Shown here piece after piece: positions 16,616 through 24,524 of a DNA stretch of 64,000 bases (the stretch's first letter is position 1; every line of letters starts with the position of its first letter). The notes under the pieces were generated by a model. That model was not told the DNA's origin. It searched no databases and worked only from the letters and a program-made list of their open reading frames with translations. A program made the translations under genes and the position numbers. The DNA is from a virus, in the IMG/VR virus record IMGVR_UViG_3300042731_007874. One strand, written 5' to 3'.

Positions 16616-17221
16616 ATGAAGAAAAGTATGAAGTTAGTTTTGTTTGTAATTTTTATTTTTTCAATAGTTGTTTTTACGGCATGTGCTACCCAAAACGATT
16701 CGTCTGAGGCCAAGGATGCAGAGATTGTAGCAAGGCAACAGTCTATTTATCAGGACGCTCAGCCGGTGCACATCTATGATTATAGTATTCCTCGGGATAT
16801 CTACCAGCAAGTTTATGATGTTACTACGACACAGGTTGTGGCGACCTATACAATTATCGAGACTATTACCGGAGAGACAAAATACGAAGGTCCTTCTGTT
16901 GGCTATGCTCTTCCTGCTGACGTGAGTCTTACTAATCCTCTTCAGGGTTCTTATAATCGCGACGACCCTGGCGAAGATGAGTTTTCTGTTGTTGTCGAAC
17001 AAGCAGAACCTAATGGCTTGTTTAGTTCAAAGAATACTGACGGAACATGGATAATGTACGTTGATCTGAAAACCGGTGAAGTCTATCCAGTATATACGGA
17101 ACATAAAGTTACAACTTTTCCTTTTATTATGCAGAAAAGCGAAACGGGGCAATGGGTTCGTGCTGATAACAAACCAACTTCTTTCAAAATTGAAATAAAA
17201 GAAAGTCCAATAAGGAAGTAA
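16616..17221 (+). CDS. lipoprotein
   Basis: MKK signal peptide with lipobox FTAC; SD AAGGAG. Confidence 0.8.
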   Translation: MKKSMKLVLFVIFIFSIVVFTACATQNDSSEAKDAEIVARQQSIYQDAQPVHIYDYSIPRDIYQQVYDVTTTQVVATYTIIETITGETKYEGPSVGYALPADVSLTNPLQGSYNRDDPGEDEFSVVVEQAEPNGLFSSKNTDGTWIMYVDLKTGEVYPVYTEHKVTTFPFIMQKSETGQWVRADNKPTSFKIEIKESPIRK

Positions 17222-17222
17222 G

Positions 17223-17828
17223 ATGGATATTTCAGAACAGTTTAAAGAGATAAGGCAGAGACATGAGAGGAGATCTCAGGACGCTTATAACTATGTTGGT
17301 TTAGCATGGCTTGAGAAAATGTTTCTTGACAATTACGGTGTTGAATTACCAACACTATATGTTTATGAAACTCTAGACGACAACAGAATACAAGTTGAAT
17401 GGACCATTGGTAAGTGGGAAGTGACATTAGAGGTCGGACTTAACGACAAGCGCGGAGAATATCAAGCGTTACATATTGAGTCAGAAAAGCAAATAGATAA
17501 AGAATTCGATCTTGCTTTGTTGGACTCATGGAAAACAATTAACGAGATTACGGCCGAGTTAGTCAAAGAAGCCAGAGCTTCAATTACAGAGAAGAGGAAG
17601 AAGAATAGAGAGCTTTTAGAAGAATACAGGGAAAAGCTAGAAGAAGAACTTTATGAATATTGTGAGGCGAATGGAGGGCATGATTGGACTAGTTGGGAGC
17701 CAAAAGGAGAGATGTGGGTTGCGGGCTGGACGACCTGGAAACAAAGGGTCTGTATGATCTGCCATAAAGAAGAAACAAAAGATTATGTTTATCCAGGCGG
17801 ACGAGAAGACTATGATTTGTTAGCTTAG
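17223..17828 (+). CDS. hypothetical protein
   Basis: 201-aa ORF with a C-terminal C..H..C..C cluster. Confidence 0.7.
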   Translation: MDISEQFKEIRQRHERRSQDAYNYVGLAWLEKMFLDNYGVELPTLYVYETLDDNRIQVEWTIGKWEVTLEVGLNDKRGEYQALHIESEKQIDKEFDLALLDSWKTINEITAELVKEARASITEKRKKNRELLEEYREKLEEELYEYCEANGGHDWTSWEPKGEMWVAGWTTWKQRVCMICHKEETKDYVYPGGREDYDLLA

Positions 17829-17835
17829 ATTCTGT

Positions 17836-17864
17836 TTGACTCAGAAAAAGGCTTATGATATTCT
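17836..17864 (+). promoter_or_regulatory. sigma70-like promoter upstream of the tRNA cluster
   Basis: TTGACT-17 nt-TATTCT with an extended -10 TG. Confidence 0.55.
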
Positions 17865-17972
17865 TTAGATAAGATGTTAGATAAGATTCAAAATCTAACC
17901 GTTTCTTTTCCCCATACAAATCCAGTTTGGTAAGAGGACTGTCAAGGCTACATATCCTTTGATGGTCCGTAT

Positions 17973-18045
17973 TCCTCAGTAGCTCAAGCGGTAGAGCAAG
18001 CGGCCGTTAACCGCTAGGTTGTTGGTTCAAGTCCAGCCTGGGGAG
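17973..18045 (+). tRNA. tRNA-Asn (GTT)
   Basis: Acceptor TCCTCAG/CTGGGGA, anticodon stem AGCGG/CCGCT with loop CCGTTAA, GGTTCAA T-loop; no encoded CCA. Confidence 0.9.
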
Positions 18046-18073
18046 CAGATGTTCTTTTAAAACTTAATATTTA

Positions 18074-18144
18074 CCGGGATATGGTGTAATGGAAACACGG
18101 AGGCTTTGGGAGCCTCAGTCGCCGTTCGAATCGGATATCCCGGA
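18074..18144 (+). tRNA. tRNA-Pro (TGG), irregular T stem
   Basis: GAGGC/GCCTC stem with loop TTTGGGA; CGGGATA/TATCCCG acceptor; TTCGAAT loop. Confidence 0.75.
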
Positions 18145-18149
18145 CTATT

Positions 18150-18222
18150 GCCAGCGTAGCTCAATTGGTAGAGCAGGGCACTTGTAATGCCTTTGTTGGG
18201 AGTTCAAGTCTTCTCGCTGGCT
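18150..18222 (+). tRNA. tRNA-Thr (TGT)
   Basis: GCCAGCG/CGCTGGC acceptor; loop CTTGTAA; TTCAAGT T-loop. Confidence 0.9.
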
Positions 18223-18226
18223 CTAT

Positions 18227-18298
18227 CCCAGAGTGGCCTATTTGGAGAGGCGTCTGACTGTGGATCAGAAGAAGATTGTTCGAATCAATCCTCTGGGA
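18227..18298 (+). tRNA. tRNA-His (GTG) with atypical acceptor
   Basis: TCTGA/TCAGA stem with loop CTGTGGA; CCCAGAG/CTCTGGG acceptor; GATTG-TTCGAAT-CAATC T arm. Confidence 0.85.
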
Positions 18299-18353
18299 CG
18301 ATTATTCCTTGACGACCGGTCATATTTTTGCGATATTGATCCTGGAGGTTTTA

Positions 18354-18644
18354 ATGGAATGTATTAATGAAATAGGTAAAGAGATTATTGAACAGATTTA
18401 TCAAGCAACAGAAGACGCTTTTGAAGAAGTTGTTTTTGATAAATTTCAGTGTTTACCGAGCGAAGAAGAAATATTTAAATCTGTCTCTGTTATACATGAT
18501 TCAGATTTAGGCTTGAAGCCAAATGAATTTTCAGGATATCGTATTTTATATAAAGGAACGCCAGAGTTTAGAATAAGAGTTGTTTTTAATAAAGAAAATA
18601 ACAGACTAAGAATTTCAAAAGAAAGAGTAGTTAAAAATGATTGA
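18354..18644 (+). CDS. hypothetical protein
   Basis: SD GGAGG supports ATG 18354; the track start at 18276 lies inside tRNA-His. Confidence 0.7.
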   Translation: MECINEIGKEIIEQIYQATEDAFEEVVFDKFQCLPSEEEIFKSVSVIHDSDLGLKPNEFSGYRILYKGTPEFRIRVVFNKENNRLRISKERVVKND

Positions 18645-19278
18645 TTTCTTAGAGAATCTTAAAGAACAATTTATAAGCGGAGAAGAAGTTTTTCCTGAAA
18701 AGCCTAGTGAGAATTGGTTTTGGCGGCTTTTAGATAAAATTAGAAAACCGCCAAGTTATACATTTTTTAAATATAGAGACTTATTTCTTCTTGGTCCGCG
18801 CAGAAGTGGAAAAACAACTTTTATAAGATCTATAATAGATCATTATCTTCAATTTAAAACATCTATTGCCTTAGTTGCTCCAAATAGAGGTTTTCACATT
18901 ACTAGTTCAACAGGAGTAAGAATACCGGTTATTGGAAATTCTTATGAACTAAAAGGTAGGCTCTATGACCTTATTCTCGTAGAAGAAGCCGCCTTTATTA
19001 AGGAGTCTCTTCTTAAAGAAGTTATTAGTCATTCAGAAAGTAGGAAACTTTTTGTTTCTAGTCCAAAAGTAGTTAATTATTGGATTGACAGTAAAGGTCG
19101 GGTAAAAACAGGTTGTTTGTTTTTTGATCTTTGGAATTCTTATCCCGCAAATAAATTTTCTTTAGGAGGAAAATTCTTAATAAAGAATTATAGAGATTTT
19201 GTTACGGACTTAAAAGATGATGTTGTGCAAACTGAAATTTATGGACAGTGGGTTTTACAAGAAAAGGATTGTCAATGA
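18637..19278 (+). CDS. stand-alone terminase-type P-loop ATPase domain
   Basis: GPRRSGKTT, DLILVEEAAF, VSSP and TEIYGQW; no nuclease domain. Confidence 0.75.
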   Translation: MIDFLENLKEQFISGEEVFPEKPSENWFWRLLDKIRKPPSYTFFKYRDLFLLGPRRSGKTTFIRSIIDHYLQFKTSIALVAPNRGFHITSSTGVRIPVIGNSYELKGRLYDLILVEEAAFIKESLLKEVISHSESRKLFVSSPKVVNYWIDSKGRVKTGCLFFDLWNSYPANKFSLGGKFLIKNYRDFVTDLKDDVVQTEIYGQWVLQEKDCQ

Positions 19279-19637
19279 ACAAAACAGCTTTAAGTCGTGC
19301 ACTTGAAATGTTAGAAAACCACATGAATTATTTTCATGATGAATTTAAAGAAGAGCTAGAGTGGCCTTCTATTAGTCTTGGGCCAGAAAATGATTCGGTT
19401 GCTGTCTACTGGAAAGAACCGGAATATGAACTTTTGGTTAATGTTCCTGCTGAAGGAGACGCTTCTTATTATGGAAGTTCTATATTTAACAGACAAGAGA
19501 TGAACTTGCTGATTCAGCAGTTGGAAAAAATTTCCCCTAGTCTTTGTGCCTCGCTTGGTGTTTCGTTTGAGATTAGAGGCAGCTTTAACCCAAAAGAGAT
19601 AAATAAAAAGTTTTTAAAACTGTGGATAGATCTTTAA
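19248..19637 (+). CDS. hypothetical protein
   Basis: 129-aa ORF in operon context. Confidence 0.65.
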   Translation: MGFTRKGLSMNKTALSRALEMLENHMNYFHDEFKEELEWPSISLGPENDSVAVYWKEPEYELLVNVPAEGDASYYGSSIFNRQEMNLLIQQLEKISPSLCASLGVSFEIRGSFNPKEINKKFLKLWIDL

Positions 19638-19678
19638 ATAAACTTATTCTAAATTCGAGAATATAGAAGGAGAAAGTA

Positions 19679-20077
19679 ATGAATAGCAATATAGATAAGT
19701 TATTTAAGGCAATGAATTATAAAAACAATTATCTTAACGCTCTTAATGGGAACATTGACAAGCAACTGGAAATGGATCCAGAACTAAAAGAATTTGAGTA
19801 TATTTTTAGAGATTTTATGCTAGAATGTGCTGGTTGGGACGAGGTTAAAGGCTTTTTAGAAGATATTTTCTTAAAAAACTTTACAGCTCCTGAGATTAAA
19901 GAACTAACTGACTTTTTTAACTCTTCTCTTGGGAAAAAATATCTAGAAGTTTCTACTCATAGTTCAGCAGAGATATATAATCTTGGTGCAAAAAACATAA
20001 TAGAGAACCAACAAGAACTTAATAAGAAGCTAGAAGTTGCAGAGCTTAGAAGAAAGATTAAATCATTAACTGATTGA
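19679..20077 (+). CDS. DUF2059-like protein
   Basis: FTAPEIKELTDFFNSSLGKKY matches the DUF2059 core as recalled. Confidence 0.65.
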   Translation: MNSNIDKLFKAMNYKNNYLNALNGNIDKQLEMDPELKEFEYIFRDFMLECAGWDEVKGFLEDIFLKNFTAPEIKELTDFFNSSLGKKYLEVSTHSSAEIYNLGAKNIIENQQELNKKLEVAELRRKIKSLTD

Positions 20078-20090
20078 TCGGAGCGAGGTA

Positions 20091-20321
20091 ATGAATCAAT
20101 CAAGAATAGACGAGATTAGAGAAATTATAAGACAGAACGAGGTTGAACCCAATTATAGTTTGGGGTGGCCGTTCTGCGGGTCAGCATGGTCTGACCTTCA
20201 GCTTGAACCTGGCCGTTATATAGAGGTCATGTCGGACAAAAAGACTGTTGAAATGAGAATAACAACTATCGGTCATCAAAAGCATAACAGACCTAATGTT
20301 GTATCAACAGGAGGTATTTAA
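20091..20321 (+). CDS. hypothetical protein
   Basis: 76-aa ORF; GAGG upstream. Confidence 0.5.
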   Translation: MNQSRIDEIREIIRQNEVEPNYSLGWPFCGSAWSDLQLEPGRYIEVMSDKKTVEMRITTIGHQKHNRPNVVSTGGI

Positions 20322-20325
20322 GGTA

Positions 20326-20735
20326 ATGAAATACAATACTAAGATTGACGGCTATATGGCGCAGTAAAAGATGTTACACCTGAATTTATAAGAAAAAATA
20401 ATATTAAAGCAACTGTTTCTGTTTGTGAAAAAGACACTCCGGTAATTGGAGATGTCTGTCAATTCAAAGTCAAGATGTCTGATCCACTAGAGACTTTGGC
20501 CTCTGACAATCCAATCAACGAAGCTGTAGAAGTATTTAACATGGCTAAAACTATTGCTGACAACAGATCTGGAAATGTTTTTATCCACTGTGTCCATGGG
20601 CATAATAGATCAAGACTAACAGTTGCTTTGTGGCTAGTAAAATACAAACAATGGTCCTTGAAAGATGCTGCTAAATTTGTTCAGGTTAAAGACAACAAGC
20701 CCTGGATGAAAGATTTTGGTTTTGTTTGGGAATAA
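20326..20735 (+). pseudogene. dual-specificity/tyrosine phosphatase with a -1 frameshift near its 5' end
   Basis: HCVHGHNRS P-loop; the frame extends upstream to RLYG...KNNIKATVSVC; ATG 20326 is one base out of frame. Confidence 0.75.
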
Positions 20736-20746
20736 TCTGATTTTTC

Positions 20747-20775
20747 TTGACATCTATGCGTTTATTAAATAAAAT
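20747..20775 (+). promoter_or_regulatory. sigma70-like promoter
   Basis: TTGACA-17 nt-TAAAAT. Confidence 0.65.
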
Positions 20776-20789
20776 AGTTATATTGGAAT

Positions 20790-21054
20790 GTGGACGACAA
20801 AGTCAAAAAGCAGCTCGTAGAATATAAAGGCGGCAGTTGCGTACTGTGCGGTTACAAGAAATGCTTAGCTGCTCTCCATTTCCATCATATTAACCCCTTC
20901 GAAAAAAAACTTTGCAATTAGCGAGAAAGCTACCTTTTCTAAAGAAGTCATTGAAGAGCTAGAGGGGTGCGTTTTATTGTGTAATCGGTGTCACGCCGAA
21001 TACCATGCGGGGATGGTAGACTTAGAATTATTAATAGATCTTGCAGAAAATTGA
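20790..21054 (+). pseudogene. HNH endonuclease split by an extra A in an A8 run
   Basis: GTG..CVLCGYKKC..LHFHHINPFEK | NFAISEK..EELEGCVLLCNRCHAEYH; frames join if the run at 20902-20909 is A7. Confidence 0.8.
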
Positions 21055-21078
21055 CAAGGACATTTCTTGTGTTATATT
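21051..21078 (+). promoter_or_regulatory. sigma70-like promoter upstream of Hsp20
   Basis: TTGACA-16 nt-TATATT with an extended -10 TG. Confidence 0.5.
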
Positions 21079-21142
21079 TTGATTGCTAGCAATTTTGCTA
21101 GTTAGTGGCGATTATGCCAAAACATTTATGGAGGTGTTTAGA

Positions 21143-21532
21143 ATGGTTAGTTCATCTATCTTAGCAGACAATCTTTACAATTTGTTCTTTTCTTGGCCGA
21201 CAGAAGCAAAACCACCAATTGAGAAGATTCCATTTTATAATGAAGATGGAGAGTTAGAAAAGGTAGAGATTCAAATGGCTTTAGCAGGGTTTAGAAAAGA
21301 AGATATTAATATCGAATGTGATGACAAGCTCTTGTATATTTCTGGATCTAATGCCAATTGCGAAGAAATCTCAAAAAGATTTACTTGTTCGTTTTCTCAT
21401 AAAATTGCATATACGAGTCAATTGAACATGTCTGATTCTGAAATTATTTTTGAGAATGGTTTCTTGAGAATAATTATCCCTGCCATCGAGGTAAAGAAGA
21501 CCAGAATGTCCTTATTTGGAACTCGACACTAA
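21143..21532 (+). CDS. small heat-shock protein (Hsp20/alpha-crystallin)
   Basis: MALAGFRKEDINI..LYISG..F..NGFLRIIIP; SD GGAGG supports ATG 21143. Confidence 0.85.
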   Translation: MVSSSILADNLYNLFFSWPTEAKPPIEKIPFYNEDGELEKVEIQMALAGFRKEDINIECDDKLLYISGSNANCEEISKRFTCSFSHKIAYTSQLNMSDSEIIFENGFLRIIIPAIEVKKTRMSLFGTRH

Positions 21533-21537
21533 TTAAG

Positions 21538-21665
21538 TGATATAATAATCTCTGGCGAATAAGTTTAGGCCATTGCGTCAGAGGTTTCATCTCCTTCCTC
21601 TGGCGTTTTGGTCCGTCATGTGCTAAACTTATTGAGGAATCATTCTCTTTTAATAGGAGATGCAT
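21538..21665 (+). ncRNA. candidate structured 5' leader with anti-SD loop
   Basis: TGnTATAAT at 21538-21546; 11-bp stem 21558-68/21623-33; 10-bp stem 21575-84/21597-606; loop CATCTCCT complementary to AGGAGATG at 21655-62. Confidence 0.55.
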
Positions 21666-21971
21666 ATGGCAAATGGAACTAGCTCTAATTTAGTAAAAAT
21701 TATATCATTTATTGTTTCAATCATTGTTTTAACTGCCGGTGTTGTGCTTTGGGCGGCAAACTCTCATTCTGAAATAAAGGAATGGGCCGCTGACAGAGAT
21801 CATGCTGTAAAAATAGAAATTAAGGAAGATACTTCAGACAAATACGTAAGGAACAAAGACTTCATACAAATAAAGACATTGTTTGAAGAACATACAAAGC
21901 AACATCAGGAAATTCTTGAAAAGATAAATAAAATAGAAGAAAAATTAGATAAACGATCCCAAAGGCGTTAA
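21666..21971 (+). CDS. membrane protein with one N-terminal TM and a coiled coil
   Basis: IISFIVSIIVLTAGVVLW TM segment; SD AGGAG 6 nt upstream. Confidence 0.75.
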   Translation: MANGTSSNLVKIISFIVSIIVLTAGVVLWAANSHSEIKEWAADRDHAVKIEIKEDTSDKYVRNKDFIQIKTLFEEHTKQHQEILEKINKIEEKLDKRSQRR

Positions 21972-21972
21972 A

Positions 21973-22263
21973 ATGCGGAACAACAATCTTGTAAATTTAG
22001 GAAAGTTACGGGAATCTCTTAAGCTTTTGATGAACCCGGAACTTCTTGGTAAATTAGCCGATCTGCTTGAGGCTATGGGAAGCGACAAGAACTCATTTTT
22101 AAAACAATTTAATTTTTGGTTAGAGAAGAACGGGGAAGATTGTCGTTACGCAGAAATTGCGAAACAATTTTTTATAGAAGAAGAAGCAGAAGGCATTGCC
22201 AAACAGATTATAACGTTATATCATGATTGGGCGAGATATTACGAAAACAAAAAGGAGATTTAA
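21973..22263 (+). CDS. hypothetical protein
   Basis: 96-aa ORF in operon context. Confidence 0.65.
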   Translation: MRNNNLVNLGKLRESLKLLMNPELLGKLADLLEAMGSDKNSFLKQFNFWLEKNGEDCRYAEIAKQFFIEEEAEGIAKQIITLYHDWARYYENKKEI

Positions 22264-22557
22264 ATGAGTGAGAAGTTTTTTGTTAGAAATGATTACATTC
22301 TGGTAGATATTCCGACGAAGGATGAAAGGAAAACTGAGGGAGGGATAATTGTTCCTCTGACAAAAGAAGAGAAAATCAAGAGAGCGGTTATTCTTCAAAT
22401 GTCACATGACGTTGCGGCTACAATTAATGCGGAAATAGGAGATACTATTCTTATTTATTCTGCCTCTGGCTTGAAGTGTGAGGAGTTTGGTTATTTAATT
22501 CAGGCAAGTAATATTTATGGAGTAGTAAGGAAAGACGAAGACAATGTCGTTAATTAG
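22264..22557 (+). CDS. groES: GroES/Cpn10 co-chaperonin homolog
   Basis: DYILV..KTEGGIIVP mobile loop, IGDTIL and IYGVV; 97 aa. Confidence 0.85.
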   Translation: MSEKFFVRNDYILVDIPTKDERKTEGGIIVPLTKEEKIKRAVILQMSHDVAATINAEIGDTILIYSASGLKCEEFGYLIQASNIYGVVRKDEDNVVN

Positions 22558-22888
22558 AGTAAATCCCGCAGAAGAGCCTCCTCTCAAAGGTGAATCTTGG
22601 TGGGTTGTTCACCCTAACAACAAGAGATGTGTCTTTGATGCGCCTATAGGAGCAATAACTATTTGTCAAAAAAGTTATAGAGGGTTTAGAGAAGGAACTG
22701 TTTACCAGATCGCCGGGAATGATACAAATTCCGGATGGATCACAATGGCAAACCAAGAAGAAGTGGTTCAAATGCCATATTATCTTTTTGCTAGATATTT
22801 TGACGCAGAAGCCTTTGTAAGACAAACTTCTGCTTCTTTTTCTAAGAATTCCTATCAAATGCAGCAACTAGAACTGTTTGAGGATTAA
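22544..22888 (+). CDS. hypothetical protein
   Basis: 114-aa ORF with overlapping start/stop. Confidence 0.7.
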   Translation: MSLIRVNPAEEPPLKGESWWVVHPNNKRCVFDAPIGAITICQKSYRGFREGTVYQIAGNDTNSGWITMANQEEVVQMPYYLFARYFDAEAFVRQTSASFSKNSYQMQQLELFED

Positions 22889-23477
22889 AATGAGACTTTT
22901 ATCCCATACTCATATTAACGGAAATGGAATAGAGTACAGAGATGAATATGCTCGTATTCTAGCAAGAGCCTGTAGAAAAAGGAACTACTCTCATTGTGTT
23001 GTTGGTTGTCACGGGAGCTATATCGCCTCAAAAGGAACAATGAAAGAAATTAAGAAGTTAGGCGTTACTCCCATCCGATTTGCAGAATTAGATATTTCTG
23101 TTCGTAATGTTTCTAAGTACAAAACCGCACATATTGCCTTTATTAATATTCCTGAAGCGCCGATTGAAGGGTATGTTCATTCAAAAGAAGGAGTAGATAT
23201 AGATAGAGTAATTCCTTATGCGAAAAAAGTAAACTGTAGAGTAGTTCTCTGTCATCCTTATTCAACAGATGAAATTCGTGCTTTTAGTGACTATATAGAC
23301 GGCTATGAACTAACTAACGGACTAGAAACTAGAAGTTTTTCTGACAGAGACGTATCAGAAGAGTTTCTTCATTTGGTTCAGTTTTCAGGAGCAGACTGGC
23401 ATGTTTGGGAAGGAGCAGGAGATCCTAGCTACTTTACCGAGCTACCAGATGATTGGTTTGGTGAACTATATGAATAA
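22878..23477 (+). CDS. PHP-family phosphoesterase-like protein
   Basis: SHTH, AHI, CHPY, DGYEL.NG and GADWH motifs. Confidence 0.75.
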   Translation: MRIKMRLLSHTHINGNGIEYRDEYARILARACRKRNYSHCVVGCHGSYIASKGTMKEIKKLGVTPIRFAELDISVRNVSKYKTAHIAFINIPEAPIEGYVHSKEGVDIDRVIPYAKKVNCRVVLCHPYSTDEIRAFSDYIDGYELTNGLETRSFSDRDVSEEFLHLVQFSGADWHVWEGAGDPSYFTELPDDWFGELYE

Positions 23478-23721
23478 AGAAAAAGTTTTTTATCCGTCCG
23501 CAGAAGACTACCAAGAATTAGAGAATGACCTAGTTGGATCAGATTGGCAATTGACTGTCAATCCCGGTTGTCCTTATTACGAGGTATGTTCTTATAGACG
23601 ATGGTTTTCAAAGTTCGCAGAATATTCAGATAATAATGTGACTTGGCTTGACGATGCTGGCTATTTTAGGACAGAGTACGGTCAAGGTTGCCATCCAAAT
23701 TATTCTACGTGGGGTAGTTAA
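23470..23721 (+). CDS. hypothetical protein
   Basis: Likely start MNKEKVF overlapping the upstream stop. Confidence 0.6.
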   Translation: MNKEKVFYPSAEDYQELENDLVGSDWQLTVNPGCPYYEVCSYRRWFSKFAEYSDNNVTWLDDAGYFRTEYGQGCHPNYSTWGS

Positions 23722-24521
23722 TGGGAGGAAAAGGATCAGGTTCTCCTCGTGGGGAGATATTAAGACTAAATAATACCATTGAGATAAATGGGAAGATTGA
23801 AAAGACTGATTTCTTTAATTTTCTCAAGATGGACTTGGATGATTATGGCGATTTAGCCATGACCCCAGAAGAAGCCCTTGCTTTTAAGAACACTGTAGTC
23901 CGCATGACTTACGGGACTACCGCAGCAATCCCTCTGCATTGCTATGGAGTTAATTGTCTTAATAAGACTTGTCCTTTTCATAAAATGGGCCGCTATCCAT
24001 TAGGAAAACAATGCTATGTTGAAGTAGAGATGATCAAGCTTTTTACTATAAACTACATTGAAGAGCTTGGTGTAGATGTCGATTCAATGACAGAAATGAG
24101 CCTGGTGAATAAATTAGTAGAATTGGAGCTTATTGACTTTCGAGCTAATTTAGGTCTTTCTGGGAGTACAGATCAAGAAGCTGGATCTCTTTTGAAGAAG
24201 AACATAACAGAGACAGAGCAGATGACATCAGAGACGCTGGTCATTCATCCATTGTTGGACGCAAAAGATAAAATTCAAAGACAACGGAATCAAATATTAG
24301 ATTCATTTGTTGCCACTAGAAGAGAAAAGTACAAGAAGGCCGCAGCCCTTAAAAAAGAAGAAGGATCTGATGCTTCTAAAGAGTTAGCAGAACTTCGAAG
24401 AAGAAGTGAAGAGATGGCTAAAAAACAAGAAAACTTTGAAATAGAAAAGGTTGCTGAAAAAGTTAGAGAAAAGACAAACAATAAGATATTAGAAGGAGAT
24501 TGGGTGAGTGGTGAGTTCTAA
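23721..24521 (+). CDS. hypothetical protein with Cys cluster and coiled coil (possible terminase small subunit)
   Basis: C..C..CPF..C cluster and C-terminal coiled coil; position upstream of terL; function is inference only. Confidence 0.5.
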   Translation: MGGKGSGSPRGEILRLNNTIEINGKIEKTDFFNFLKMDLDDYGDLAMTPEEALAFKNTVVRMTYGTTAAIPLHCYGVNCLNKTCPFHKMGRYPLGKQCYVEVEMIKLFTINYIEELGVDVDSMTEMSLVNKLVELELIDFRANLGLSGSTDQEAGSLLKKNITETEQMTSETLVIHPLLDAKDKIQRQRNQILDSFVATRREKYKKAAALKKEEGSDASKELAELRRRSEEMAKKQENFEIEKVAEKVREKTNNKILEGDWVSGEF

Positions 24522-24524
24522 CAG

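Noticed and set aside
17934-17968. Hairpin upstream of tRNA-Asn considered as a fifth tRNA
   Set aside because: It is a single stem-loop with no cloverleaf or T-loop
18276-18353. Track start for the 18276-18644 ORF
   Set aside because: It overlaps tRNA-His; GGAGG supports ATG 18354
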